From an uncultured SAR116 cluster alpha proteobacterium (lineage in GTDB: Bacteria; Pseudomonadota; Alphaproteobacteria; Puniceispirillales; Marisalimonadaceae), in NCBI GenBank assembly GCA_902618195.1, contig CACMZO010000003.1, forward strand, positions 1,176 through 65,175: a stretch of DNA of 64,000 nucleotides, in the 5' to 3' direction. A program made the translations under genes and the position numbers. Positions 1-9,742 of this stretch are shown in pieces. A model generated the notes under the pieces. The model was not told the origin of the DNA, did not search any database, and saw only the letters and a program-made list of their open reading frames with translations. The stretch's first letter is position 1. Every line of letters begins with the position of its first letter.

Positions 1-2
1 TG

Positions 3-215
3 ATGATGCCCATAATGAATGGTTTTGAATTTCTGAGCGAAATAAAAGATACAAAAATTAAATCTATACCAATTTTAGTTTTAACGGGAGCTGATTTAGA
101 CGATAATGATAAAAGCTTTTTGAAAAATGAAACTGAAAAAGTTATTCACAAAACAGATGATACTGTTTTGAGTATTGCAGAAGAAATTAATAACGTTATT
201 AAAAGGACAGGTTGA
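3..215 (+). CDS. C-terminal part of a receiver (REC) domain protein, either a response regulator or a hybrid histidine kinase. The 5' end lies outside the window.
   Basis: The ORF is open to the window edge. 'MMPIMNGFEF...IPILVLTGADL' is the post-phosphoacceptor half of a CheY-like fold. The stop TGA at 213-215 abuts the next start. Confidence 0.7.
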   Translation: MMPIMNGFEFLSEIKDTKIKSIPILVLTGADLDDNDKSFLKNETEKVIHKTDDTVLSIAEEINNVIKRTG

Positions 216-216
216 T

Positions 217-582
217 ATGACCAAAATTCTGTATGTAGAAGATAACGAAGATAATGTTTATATGTTATCTAGAAGATTAAAACGAAAAGGCTTTGAAATT
301 GTTGTAGCAACTGATGGAGAAATGGGAGTTGAGATGGCTTCCTCAGAAAAACCAGATTTGATTTTAATGGATTTAAGTTTACCAAAAATGGATGGATGGA
401 CAGCAACAAAAACTATTAAAAGTAAAAATGAATTAAATAAAATTCCTATAATTGCTTTATCTGCACATGCTATGGAAGAACATAAAAAAAGAGCCCTTGA
501 TGCTGGTTGTAATGATTATGATACTAAACCAGTCGATATTGAAAGATTATTAAATAAGATTAATAAGCAACTTGGTTTATAA
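217..582 (+). CDS. Single-domain CheY-like response regulator
   Basis: ATG at 217 sits 1 nt after the upstream stop; the 175 start in the ORF track would overlap gene 1. Receiver signature: 'ILYVEDNEDN', 'LILMDLSLPKMDG', 'IIALSAHA', 'KP'. Confidence 0.85.
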   Translation: MTKILYVEDNEDNVYMLSRRLKRKGFEIVVATDGEMGVEMASSEKPDLILMDLSLPKMDGWTATKTIKSKNELNKIPIIALSAHAMEEHKKRALDAGCNDYDTKPVDIERLLNKINKQLGL

Positions 583-584
583 TT

Positions 585-1622
585 ATGAATAAAAAAGAAG
601 CTAAAATTCTAATTGTGGATGATATAGAAGACAACAGATATACACTTGAAAGAAGTTTGAAAAGAGATGGTTTTGAAAATATTTCTTTAGCAGAATGTGG
701 CAAGGAAGCGTTAGATATTGCAAATAAATCTAAATTTGACTTAATTTTATTAGATTTAATGATGCCAGACATAAGTGGTCTTGACGTATTGAAACAATTA
801 AAAGGAAACCCTGTACAAAGAAATATTCCTGTAATAATGGTTACAGCCTCTGATGAAGTAGATACAGCAGCTGAATGCATTAAAAATGGAGCAGATGATT
901 TTGTGACAAAACCATTCAATAGAACATTACTAAGAGCACGAGTTGATGCATCATTAGATAAAAAAGGAATGAGAGATAGAGAAGAAGTTTATCTAGACAA
1001 AGTAGAAACTGATAAGAAAAAATCTCAGCAAATTCTTAAAACAGTAATGCCAAATTCAGTCGTCAGTGAATTACAAACAACAGGATTTGTTAGACCAAGA
1101 AGATATGATGAGGTTTCTATATTAATTTGTGACTTAGTTGGCTTTACTTCATTTTGTGAAAAAAATCAACCTGAGTTAGTAATTGAAACTTTACAAAATA
1201 TCATAAAATTATTTGAAAATACCTTTTTGGAGTTTAAATTAGAAAAAATTAAAACTGTTGGTGATGCTATCGTAGCTGTAAGTGGACTGTCATCTTTTGA
1301 TACTCAATCTGTAAAAAATTGTGTTGATTGTAGTTATAAATTGAAAGAAATAGCATCAAATTTAGAGACGCCTTGGGATTTACATATCGGTATACATTAT
1401 GGATCATTAGTAGCTGGAACAGTTGGTGATAAAACTGTACAATATGATATATTAGGTCAAAATGTTAATATAGCATTTAACATTTGCGATATCTCAGAAC
1501 CAAACCAAATTTTAATATCTAATGATGCTTATATGACAGTCAGAAATGAGGTCAATGTAAAATCCGTTGGAATGAAAAGATTAAAAAGTGGCCAAGAAAC
1601 AGAAATTTTGGAATGTATTTAA
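585..1622 (+). CDS. Response regulator receiver fused to a class III adenylate/guanylate cyclase domain
   Basis: N-terminal REC ('ILIVDDIEDN', 'LILLDLMMPDISG', 'KP'). C-terminal cyclase motifs: 'VSILICDLVGFTSF', 'IKTVGDAIVAV', 'HIGIHYGSLVAGTVG', 'YDILGQNVNIA'. Confidence 0.85.
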   Translation: MNKKEAKILIVDDIEDNRYTLERSLKRDGFENISLAECGKEALDIANKSKFDLILLDLMMPDISGLDVLKQLKGNPVQRNIPVIMVTASDEVDTAAECIKNGADDFVTKPFNRTLLRARVDASLDKKGMRDREEVYLDKVETDKKKSQQILKTVMPNSVVSELQTTGFVRPRRYDEVSILICDLVGFTSFCEKNQPELVIETLQNIIKLFENTFLEFKLEKIKTVGDAIVAVSGLSSFDTQSVKNCVDCSYKLKEIASNLETPWDLHIGIHYGSLVAGTVGDKTVQYDILGQNVNIAFNICDISEPNQILISNDAYMTVRNEVNVKSVGMKRLKSGQETEILECI

Positions 1623-1639
1623 TTATATAAAATATTTAA

Positions 1640-2818
1640 TTATATTGTTTCTTCTAATCCCCATATATTAGTAACTTGGCTAGATAAAACTCCGCCATTA
1701 CCGTGAGCAAGTGAAAGTTTAGGATCTTTTAGCCAGCCACCTTCTTTTCTTTTTCCAACATCATCACCAGCTGAGTTTCTTAGTTGTCTTAGAGCCTCAA
1801 GAGTTACAAACAAGCCATACATGCCGGGATGAACGCAAGACAACCCTCCTCCACTTGTATTAACAGGCAAAGATCCAGAAGGACCGATATTTTTAATCAA
1901 ATCTTTACCCTCACCTTTTTTGCAGAAACCTAAATCTTCAAGAAACAAAATGGGGTTAATTGTAAATGCGTCATAAAGTTGAATAGTATCCATATCTGAA
2001 GGATTATAACCTGACATTTCAAATGCTCTTTGACCACTTTCGAAAGCTGAAGTTCTTGTTAAATCGGGCATTTCTGAAATCATTCTGTGATGATGTTCCA
2101 TAGCTGCACCTAATAAATAAATTGGTGTGCTTTTACAATCTTTAGCTTTGTCAGATCTGGTCATGACAATTGCTGCTGCTCCGTCTGTAACAAGACAACA
2201 ATCTAATTTTCCTAACGGATCTACAATTGGACGAGCACTCATAACATCATTTATAGTCAAAGGCCCTCTGTTATGCATGTACGCTCTTGGATTTAATAAA
2301 GCCCAATCACGTGCTGATACAGCTACTTGTGCTAAATCTTCTTTCTTTGCTCCATATTCATGCAAATATCGTTGTGCAGCAAGGGCATAAGCGCTGACTG
2401 GCATTCTTGGATTATAATCAGCTTCATAGGGCATAGGTTCTGAAATTGTTTTAAAACCACCTGCACTTCTTTGATTAGAGCCATATGCAATAACTGCAGT
2501 ATTTATTAACCCCATTTCTAGTGCTACTGCGGCAGTGATTATATGAGCTAAAAAACTTGACCCACCAATATTTGAACCGTCTGCAAATTTTGGTCTTATA
2601 CCTAAATATTCAGATAGTGACATTGCAGCCATTGAGTGAAATGCTGTTGCTGCAAATAATCCATCAACTTGTGATAAATTTATTCCTGCATCATCAAGCG
2701 CATCATGAACAGCAGTCGCCATCAATTCCATTGCTGACCAACCTGGTGTCACACCACAGCCAGCCTCTGCCAACCCTACAACTGCAGTTTTACCTCTTAT
2801 TTTATTTATTTCATTCAT
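1640..2818 (-). CDS. Thiolase-like protein (SCP-x / lipid-transfer type, acetyl-CoA acetyltransferase superfamily)
   Basis: 392 aa. Thiolase-like N- and C-terminal halves, including 'NTSGGGLSCVHPGMYG' and 'HGNGGVLS'. Paired with a downstream DUF35 gene. Confidence 0.75.
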   Translation of the reverse strand: MNEINKIRGKTAVVGLAEAGCGVTPGWSAMELMATAVHDALDDAGINLSQVDGLFAATAFHSMAAMSLSEYLGIRPKFADGSNIGGSSFLAHIITAAVALEMGLINTAVIAYGSNQRSAGGFKTISEPMPYEADYNPRMPVSAYALAAQRYLHEYGAKKEDLAQVAVSARDWALLNPRAYMHNRGPLTINDVMSARPIVDPLGKLDCCLVTDGAAAIVMTRSDKAKDCKSTPIYLLGAAMEHHHRMISEMPDLTRTSAFESGQRAFEMSGYNPSDMDTIQLYDAFTINPILFLEDLGFCKKGEGKDLIKNIGPSGSLPVNTSGGGLSCVHPGMYGLFVTLEALRQLRNSAGDDVGKRKEGGWLKDPKLSLAHGNGGVLSSQVTNIWGLEETI

Positions 2819-2820
2819 GA

Positions 2821-3222
2821 TTAATCCTTTGCAATATCAAAAACAACTCGTGGTTTTTCACCCGTTTTGTCAATTCTTGCATTAACTTTAGTTCCAATTT
2901 TAACTTGATCTGGCTCAGCACCTAGAACACTTGACATCATACAAGGTCCTTCTTCAAGTTTTACAATTGACAAATTAAAATCACCACCTTTTTTAGGTAA
3001 TCTTCTATTACAACTTGAACTATGGACAATACCTTTACCAGAAATTTCTACCCACTCTAATTCTCTCTCTCCAGTTCCAGGAAATGCAACGCGTGGATGA
3101 AAGAAAAATTCTCCTGTATTTTTATTTCTCTGAATTTTTATTTTACCATCAGATAAAAAATCATAAAATTGTTTTTCTGGACCAACTTGATTAGTTAAAA
3201 TTTCAGGCATAAATATCTCCAA
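2821..3222 (-). CDS. DUF35 family OB-fold protein (thiolase partner)
   Basis: 133 aa. Typical size and position 2 nt upstream of an SCP-x thiolase. OB-fold-like C-terminus ('VKLEEGPCMMSSVLG...VKIGTKV'). The start could be the second Met at 3210. Confidence 0.6.
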   Translation of the reverse strand: MEIFMPEILTNQVGPEKQFYDFLSDGKIKIQRNKNTGEFFFHPRVAFPGTGERELEWVEISGKGIVHSSSCNRRLPKKGGDFNLSIVKLEEGPCMMSSVLGAEPDQVKIGTKVNARIDKTGEKPRVVFDIAKD

Positions 3223-3223
3223 C

Positions 3224-5305
3224 TTAATAATTTATAATTAACGCATCTAATCCAATAACATTTTTTTCATTAACAATTACTGGATTCATTTCGATTTCTT
3301 TTACGTGATCTTTATGAGCATAAATGAAGTTAGATAATTTTACAATTGTATCAACTAAACGATCATAATTTATTTTGATACCTCTATCACCTTCAAATAT
3401 TTTAGAAGATTTTAATCTTTTTATCATTTCAACAACCATCTTTTTATTTGCTGGCGCCTCCACAAAAGCAACATCTTTAATAGCTTCTGCATATATTCCG
3501 CCTAAGCCAAACACTATAAAAGGACCAAACACAGGGTCAATTTTTGCACCTAAAATAACTTCAATGCCTTTTTCAATCATTGGAGCTATCATTATTCCAT
3601 CAATTTTTATATTTGGTTTTTTAGTCAAGATATTTTCAGTAATATCATCAAATGATTTTAGAGCTTCATCTAAAGTTTTTATATTAAGTTTAACGCCACC
3701 TACTTCGGTTTTATGTTCAATTTCGTTTGAAACAACTTTCATGACAAATTTTTTATTTTTTTCATTTTTAAAAATAAATTCTAATTCAGACTTATTTTTA
3801 ATTAAATGACATTTATTCATATTTATTCCATATTCAGACAATAAATTAGTTGCTTCAAATTCATTTAATTTTCTTTTAGGTATATTTAGTTTTTTTATTT
3901 CTAAGCTTTCAACTTTATCTACATTGTTATTAAATACACTCCCAAAATGCATCAATGCTGCCATTGATACAACAGCTCTTGTAGGGTCTTCAATACATAA
4001 AAAACCCTCGTTTTCATATTTTTTATAAATTTCATTTGGAGCTACCATGCAATTAATGAAAATTTTATCTGAATATTCTTTCATAGCTGTTTTTAAAGCA
4101 TCAAGAAGTGGCTGAGTAAACTTTGAAGAACCTGGTACTGATGTCCAAAAACCTATTATTCCATCGTATCCACCTTTAGATAACATTACATCTGTAAATG
4201 TTGGAACTAAGGATAAATCATTAAAAAATTGGGCTGTGACATCTACTGGATTCATTGGAGATGCAAAAGGCACAATTTTTTTTAAATTTTGTTGAGCTTC
4301 TTTAGGCATAGGTTTTACATTTAAACCTTCATCGTAAGCAGCATCTGCCATAAGCACACCTCCACCTCCAGAGATAGTAACAATACCAAGATTTTTTCCA
4401 CTTGGATAAATACGGGGTTTTGTAGCATAAGCCACATCCAGCATTTCTTCAGTACTTCTAACTCTATAAGCTCCATGAGCTCTAATTACTTCACTATAAA
4501 TTGCATCTTCTCCAGCTAGAGAAGCTGTGTGAGAGTTAGCAGCGGCAGCACCAACATCTGATCTACCAACTTTCATTAAAATTACAGGTTTTTTTTCTTG
4601 CCTTGCTGTATCTAATGCTTTTGTAAACATTTTTCCATCTTTGACACTTTCCACATACGCCATAATGGTATGTACTTTTTCATCTTCAGCTAAAAATTGT
4701 ATGGCTTCAGAAACAGATATATCAGCTTCGTTTCCTGTAGTTATCCAATAATTTATTCCTAAACCTCTCTGATGAGAAACCATATAAATGTGACTGCCAT
4801 ATGCACCAGACTGACTTGCGATAGCTATACCTCCAGGAATTGGTGCTGCTCTATCAATAGCTGATGTAAATGTAGGATAAAAATTACTCTCTGCATTAAA
4901 TAATCCTAGACAATTTGGACCAATAATTCTAAGTGATGAGTTTTTACTGATATTTTCAATTTCGTCTTGGTATTCTTTTCCTATTCCTCCCATCTCTGCA
5001 AATCCAGAGGAAAAAATCAATGCAGTTTTTGCTTTCTTTTTTACTGCTTCATTTAAGACATTAGTTACATGAATCGATGGCACTGCTACTAAAACAAAAT
5101 CTAAATCATCTTCAATTTCAGTCAAATTTTTATACGATTTCAATCCCTGAATAGTTTGATGCTTTGGATTTACGGGGAAAATTTTACCAGAATAATTTTG
5201 ATCTAACATATAAGAAAGAGGTTTGCCGCCAATTCTACCCTTATCATCTGAAGCTCCAACAATAGCTACTGATTTTGGTGACATTATATCTTTTAATGCA
5301 GACAT
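3224..5305 (-). CDS. NDP(ADP)-forming acyl-CoA synthetase (CoA-binding + succinyl-CoA-synthetase-like + ATP-grasp domains)
   Basis: 693 aa. 'PKSVAIVGASDDKGRIGG', 'IIGPNCLG', 'SQSGAYG' and 'ANSHTASLAG' (phospho-His loop), plus a C-terminal ATP-grasp. Confidence 0.8.
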   Translation of the reverse strand: MSALKDIMSPKSVAIVGASDDKGRIGGKPLSYMLDQNYSGKIFPVNPKHQTIQGLKSYKNLTEIEDDLDFVLVAVPSIHVTNVLNEAVKKKAKTALIFSSGFAEMGGIGKEYQDEIENISKNSSLRIIGPNCLGLFNAESNFYPTFTSAIDRAAPIPGGIAIASQSGAYGSHIYMVSHQRGLGINYWITTGNEADISVSEAIQFLAEDEKVHTIMAYVESVKDGKMFTKALDTARQEKKPVILMKVGRSDVGAAAANSHTASLAGEDAIYSEVIRAHGAYRVRSTEEMLDVAYATKPRIYPSGKNLGIVTISGGGGVLMADAAYDEGLNVKPMPKEAQQNLKKIVPFASPMNPVDVTAQFFNDLSLVPTFTDVMLSKGGYDGIIGFWTSVPGSSKFTQPLLDALKTAMKEYSDKIFINCMVAPNEIYKKYENEGFLCIEDPTRAVVSMAALMHFGSVFNNNVDKVESLEIKKLNIPKRKLNEFEATNLLSEYGINMNKCHLIKNKSELEFIFKNEKNKKFVMKVVSNEIEHKTEVGGVKLNIKTLDEALKSFDDITENILTKKPNIKIDGIMIAPMIEKGIEVILGAKIDPVFGPFIVFGLGGIYAEAIKDVAFVEAPANKKMVVEMIKRLKSSKIFEGDRGIKINYDRLVDTIVKLSNFIYAHKDHVKEIEMNPVIVNEKNVIGLDALIINY

Positions 5306-5385
5306 GATAAAAACCTTTTTATAGAGTAAATACTATTTACATGTTAAATAAGTTATATAAATTGTTCTATAAAAAATAAAAAATT

Positions 5386-6600
5386 ATGCCATTTATTGTT
5401 TATTTAACTTGTTTTTCTCAAGTCCTTTCAATGGCTGGATTTGCAGCTTGGCCAATTTATCTTATTGATTTACAAAATTTATGGTCTCTTACAAATCTTG
5501 AAGCAGGCTGGATAAGCGGCGCATTTTTTTTTGGGTACATTTTTGCCACCCCTTTTCTAGTTGGGTTAACCGATAGCTACGATTCAAAAAAAGTTTATTT
5601 TATATCATCATTAATTGGTTCAATTGGCCTTATTTTATTTGCTTTATTTGCAAACGGATTTTATTCAGCCCTGCTCATGTGGAGCATAGTAGGAGCTGGT
5701 TTTGCTGGCACATATATGCCAGGTCTCCAAATTTTAAACGAAAGATTAGATGCAAAAGGTAAAGAAAAATATGTATCAGTGTATACTGCTTTTTTTGGTT
5801 TAGGCACTGCAACATCATTTTTCATTCTTGGTATTTTAAAAGAGTATAATTTAGACTGGAGCTATAGTTTTATTCTTGTAGGATTTTTTCAACTATTAAG
5901 TGGTATTCCAATAATCTTATTTTCAGGCCCAAGAATCGAAATAAAGCCATATATTAAATTTAGTGGCATTTTTAAAATATTAAAATCAATTTACAATGTT
6001 TTTAAAAATAAAAAAGCAATGCCATATATTATAGGTTATGGAGGTCATACATATGAACTTTTTGGATATAGATCCTGGACTTTTGCATGTATTGTTTTTT
6101 TAAGCTCTACTTATAATGTTTATTTAAGTAATATTTTTATTGCAAATTTTTTGGCTATTATTGGATTAACTGGCATATTTTCTTCAATAATTGGCGCTCA
6201 ATACTGTATAGGAAAAAATAGACCTTTAATAATTAGCTATATGGGACTTATTTGTTTTTTTGGCTCTATAATCACAGCATTTTCATTTTGGATTAACTTG
6301 TATTTAGCACTTCTTTTTATATTTATTTATAATATATTAATCATAATGGATTCTGGCTCTTTAACAACTGGGACTGTCCTTAATGGTTCATCTCAAGACA
6401 GAGGTTCAAGATTAGCTCTACATTCTATTATAGGATTTTTAGGTGGGGCATTAGGAGGGCCTATTGTAGGGTTAGCTTTAGATAGCTTTGGTGGCGAAAA
6501 TAGTAAATTATCTTGGAGTGTTGGTTTCGTTGCTTTGGGCTTAGGGTCGTTATTATCATCATATGTTTTGAAAAAAAATTCAAAATACAAATTAAAGTAA
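5386..6600 (+). CDS. MFS-type transporter
   Basis: 404 aa and highly hydrophobic, with about 12 predicted TM segments. Divergent from the acyl-CoA synthetase operon. Confidence 0.7.
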   Translation: MPFIVYLTCFSQVLSMAGFAAWPIYLIDLQNLWSLTNLEAGWISGAFFFGYIFATPFLVGLTDSYDSKKVYFISSLIGSIGLILFALFANGFYSALLMWSIVGAGFAGTYMPGLQILNERLDAKGKEKYVSVYTAFFGLGTATSFFILGILKEYNLDWSYSFILVGFFQLLSGIPIILFSGPRIEIKPYIKFSGIFKILKSIYNVFKNKKAMPYIIGYGGHTYELFGYRSWTFACIVFLSSTYNVYLSNIFIANFLAIIGLTGIFSSIIGAQYCIGKNRPLIISYMGLICFFGSIITAFSFWINLYLALLFIFIYNILIIMDSGSLTTGTVLNGSSQDRGSRLALHSIIGFLGGALGGPIVGLALDSFGGENSKLSWSVGFVALGLGSLLSSYVLKKNSKYKLK

Positions 6601-6613
6601 TAAAGGAGTTTAC

Positions 6614-7639
6614 ATGAATAAAAAAGTTATTTTAAAGCAAAGACCAGTTGGAGAACCAAAGTTAGAAGATTTTGAATTATTTAAAGAAGACATTAGAGAC
6701 CCTAAAGATGATGAAGTTTCTTTAAAAACAATTTATATGTCTTTAGACCCTTACATGAGAGGCAGAATGAATGATGCTAAAAGTTATGCAAAGGCTGTGG
6801 AAATTGGAGAGGTAATGGAGGCAGGTGCAGTAAGCCAAGTCATAAAATCAAAATCAAAAAATTTTAAAGAAGGTGATTTTGTTGAAGGAAGAACTGGTTG
6901 GCAAGATAACCCTACAGTTCATGAAAATAAACTTAGATTGATCGATCCATCAATGGCTCCATTATCAACTGCGATTGGTGTTTTAGGAATGCCTGGTACC
7001 ACTGCGTACGTAGGTATGAAAAATTTTGCTAAACCACAAAGTGGCGAAACTTTAGTTGTATCAGCAGCCTCTGGAGCTGTAGGTGGTACTGTTGGTCAAA
7101 TTGGTAAAATTCATGGTTGTAGAGTAGTTGGAATAGCTGGTTCAGACGAAAAATGTCAATTTACAAAGACTGAGTATGGTTTTGATGATTGCCTAAACTA
7201 TAAAGATACAAATTTTAAAGAAAACCTAAAAAATTCTTGTCCAAACGGAGTTGACATTTATTGGGAAAATGTTGGTGGAATTTCCTTTGATGCTGTTATG
7301 CCGTTATTTAACGATTATGCTAGAATACCAGTTTGTGGCTTGATATCATATTACAACTTAAATTCTTTAAAACTCGATGGACCTGATCGTGTGCCATTGT
7401 TATTTAGACAAATGCTTACAAAACGTTTGATGTATAAAGGGTTCATTGTATTTAATCATTATGATCAAAGACAAGAATCCATTGAACAATTATCTTCTTG
7501 GATAAAAGATGGTAAACTCAAATATAAAGAAGATTTTATTGAAGGCTTAGAAAATGCATCAAAAGCTTTTATTGGTTTATTAAATGGCAAAAACTTTGGT
7601 AAATTAGTTGTTAAACTAAATGATGATCCAACTAGCTAA
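6614..7639 (+). CDS. NADP-dependent oxidoreductase, medium-chain dehydrogenase/reductase family (alkenal/one reductase, YncB/CurA-like)
   Basis: 341 aa. 'MSLDPYMRGRM', 'GETLVVSAASGAVGGTVGQIGK' and 'GKLVVKL' are typical of the LTB4-12HD/PTGR subgroup. Confidence 0.75.
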   Translation: MNKKVILKQRPVGEPKLEDFELFKEDIRDPKDDEVSLKTIYMSLDPYMRGRMNDAKSYAKAVEIGEVMEAGAVSQVIKSKSKNFKEGDFVEGRTGWQDNPTVHENKLRLIDPSMAPLSTAIGVLGMPGTTAYVGMKNFAKPQSGETLVVSAASGAVGGTVGQIGKIHGCRVVGIAGSDEKCQFTKTEYGFDDCLNYKDTNFKENLKNSCPNGVDIYWENVGGISFDAVMPLFNDYARIPVCGLISYYNLNSLKLDGPDRVPLLFRQMLTKRLMYKGFIVFNHYDQRQESIEQLSSWIKDGKLKYKEDFIEGLENASKAFIGLLNGKNFGKLVVKLNDDPTS

Positions 7640-9732
7640 TTTAAATCTTTAAATTTTCTTCCTTCATTTACAAGTTGCTCAAGTAACTTTGGGCAACTCC
7701 AAAAACTAGAATTTTCTTTTTCATAACTTTTAATATTATTTAATATTTTATCTAGTCCTATTTTATCTGCATAATTCATAGGGCCACCTCTCCATCTAGG
7801 AAAACCATATCCATTATTATAAACAACATCTATATCGGAAGGTTTAATGGCAATCTTTTCTTCCAAAATTTTCACTCCTTCTAACACAAGTGCTGTGATA
7901 TATCTATCAAGAATTTCTTGGTCTGAAAATTCCTTTAGATTAATTCCAACTCGATCTCTTTCAGATTTGCAGATCTCTTCAATTTCAGGATTAGGAGTTA
8001 AAGGCTTTACGTCTTTTCCATATAAATAATAACCTTTCCCAACTTTTTGGCCAAACCAACCTCTTTCACAAACTCTATCAGGTATTTCTACATATCTATC
8101 ATTTTTACTTCTAAAAGGAGCCTTTCTTTTTCTAGTTGCCCAACCAATATCTCCACCAGCCAAATCAATTACTTGGAATGGTCCCATTGCACATCCAAAC
8201 TCTCGAATAACCCTATCAATATCATAAATACTGGCACCATCCTCTACCATATGATAGGTAGCAACAAGATATTTAGATAAAATTCTATTTCCAATAAAGC
8301 CGTCACAAACACCTGATCTTACTGGTATTTTTTTCATTTTTTTTCCTAAAGAAAATGCCGTTGCAACTGTATTAGCGGAAGTTTTTTCTCCAACAATTAT
8401 CTCTAATAATTTCATAATATTTGCAGGAGAGAAAAAATGCATACCAAGCATTCTTTCAGGGTTATTAATAACTTTTGCAATTTCATTAATATCAAGATAA
8501 CTGGTATTAGAAGCTAAGATTGTGTCAGAAGGACAGATTTTATTTAATTTTGTAAATATTTCTTTTTTTATATCCATTTCTTCAAATACGGCTTCTATAA
8601 TAAGTTCTCTATCAGCTATCTTTTCTAATTCTGTTACGCCAATAAAATTACCTAATAATTTATTTTTTTCTTCTAAACTAATTCGACCTAAGTCAACATT
8701 TCGTTGATAAGTGCTTTCAATTTTTTTAAAAGAATTTTTAATCAACTCTTCATCTCTTTCTACCATGATAACTGAAAGACCTGCATTTAACGCAGCCATA
8801 GAAATTCCAGTACCCATCGTACCACCACCAATAACACCTACTTTTTTAATATCTTTTGATTTGGCTGTCTTAAGTTCAGGGATTTTATTAACCGCTCTTT
8901 CTGAGAAAAAAGTATGGATTAATCCTTCTCTTTGAGGACTATTTAAACAGTCTTCAAATAATTTTCTTTCATTGTTTATCGCTTCATAAAATTCTAGTTT
9001 TAAACCTTGTTGAACACTCTCAATAATAGCATTAGGAGAAAATAAATTTTTATGTTTTGACTTATATTTATTCCTTATTTCATTAATAATTTCAGAGTAG
9101 TCTTCTTCTGGTTTTAATTTGGAGAGATTTTCAGAGGTTCTTTTAATTTTAATATTATTTTGAATTAGTTCTTTAGCATAATTAATTCCATTAGATATTG
9201 TGTCAGTGTGTTCAAAAATTTTATCAATTATACCGTTTTCAATTGCTTCTTGCGATGGAACATGTTTACCGGTTAACATCATTTCTAAACCCATTTCTAT
9301 ACCAGCTAATCGCGGTAATCTTTGTGTTCCCCCTGCTCCAGGCAATATTCCTAGTAAAACTTCAGGAAGACCAACTTTTGTATTTGGTGTTGCAATTCTA
9401 AAATGACAAGCCATAGCAACCTCAAGACCACCTCCTAAAGGCGTACCATGCAATGAAGCAATGACATATTTATTAAGTTTTTCTATTTTATTACAAATTT
9501 CAGATAAAGTAGGACCTCCTAAATTTTTACCAAATTCTCTGATATCAGCGCCAGCTAGAAAAGTTCTTTCTGGAGCACATATAATTACTGCTTTTACCTC
9601 TTCTTTTTTTTCTAACTCATTAACTGCATTTAAGAGACCGTTTCTAACCTCTAAACTAATTGCATTCACTGGAGGATTTGAAATTTTAATAATTGAAATT
9701 TCACCATCATAGATTATTGAAACAGGACTCAT
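7636..9732 (-). CDS. Bifunctional enoyl-CoA hydratase / 3-hydroxyacyl-CoA dehydrogenase (fatty-acid oxidation alpha subunit, FadJ/FadB-like)
   Basis: 698 aa. N-terminal crotonase fold ('FLAGADIREF', 'GGGLEVAMACH'). Central Rossmann 'VGVIGGGTMGTGI'. 3HCDH C-terminal repeats. Confidence 0.85.
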   Translation of the reverse strand: MSPVSIIYDGEISIIKISNPPVNAISLEVRNGLLNAVNELEKKEEVKAVIICAPERTFLAGADIREFGKNLGGPTLSEICNKIEKLNKYVIASLHGTPLGGGLEVAMACHFRIATPNTKVGLPEVLLGILPGAGGTQRLPRLAGIEMGLEMMLTGKHVPSQEAIENGIIDKIFEHTDTISNGINYAKELIQNNIKIKRTSENLSKLKPEEDYSEIINEIRNKYKSKHKNLFSPNAIIESVQQGLKLEFYEAINNERKLFEDCLNSPQREGLIHTFFSERAVNKIPELKTAKSKDIKKVGVIGGGTMGTGISMAALNAGLSVIMVERDEELIKNSFKKIESTYQRNVDLGRISLEEKNKLLGNFIGVTELEKIADRELIIEAVFEEMDIKKEIFTKLNKICPSDTILASNTSYLDINEIAKVINNPERMLGMHFFSPANIMKLLEIIVGEKTSANTVATAFSLGKKMKKIPVRSGVCDGFIGNRILSKYLVATYHMVEDGASIYDIDRVIREFGCAMGPFQVIDLAGGDIGWATRKRKAPFRSKNDRYVEIPDRVCERGWFGQKVGKGYYLYGKDVKPLTPNPEIEEICKSERDRVGINLKEFSDQEILDRYITALVLEGVKILEEKIAIKPSDIDVVYNNGYGFPRWRGGPMNYADKIGLDKILNNIKSYEKENSSFWSCPKLLEQLVNEGRKFKDLN

Positions 9733-9742
9733 TTAATTTCCT

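Noticed and set aside
560-919. 119-aa minus-strand ORF overlapping the REC-cyclase gene
   Set aside because: It is entirely antisense to a gene with clear receiver motifs. Its composition is low-complexity and Ser/Ile/Phe-rich, as expected for a shadow ORF in AT-rich DNA.
2127-2820. Two 87-aa plus-strand ORFs (2127-2390 and 2557-2820) inside the thiolase-like gene
   Set aside because: They are antisense shadows of a well-supported 392-aa gene and have no motifs.
3375-3809. 144-aa plus-strand ORF inside the acyl-CoA synthetase gene
   Set aside because: It is an antisense shadow ORF, and the opposite strand carries unambiguous CoA-ligase motifs. The same reasoning applies to the ORFs at 7847-9712 (+) inside the FadJ-like gene and to 9693-9971 (+).
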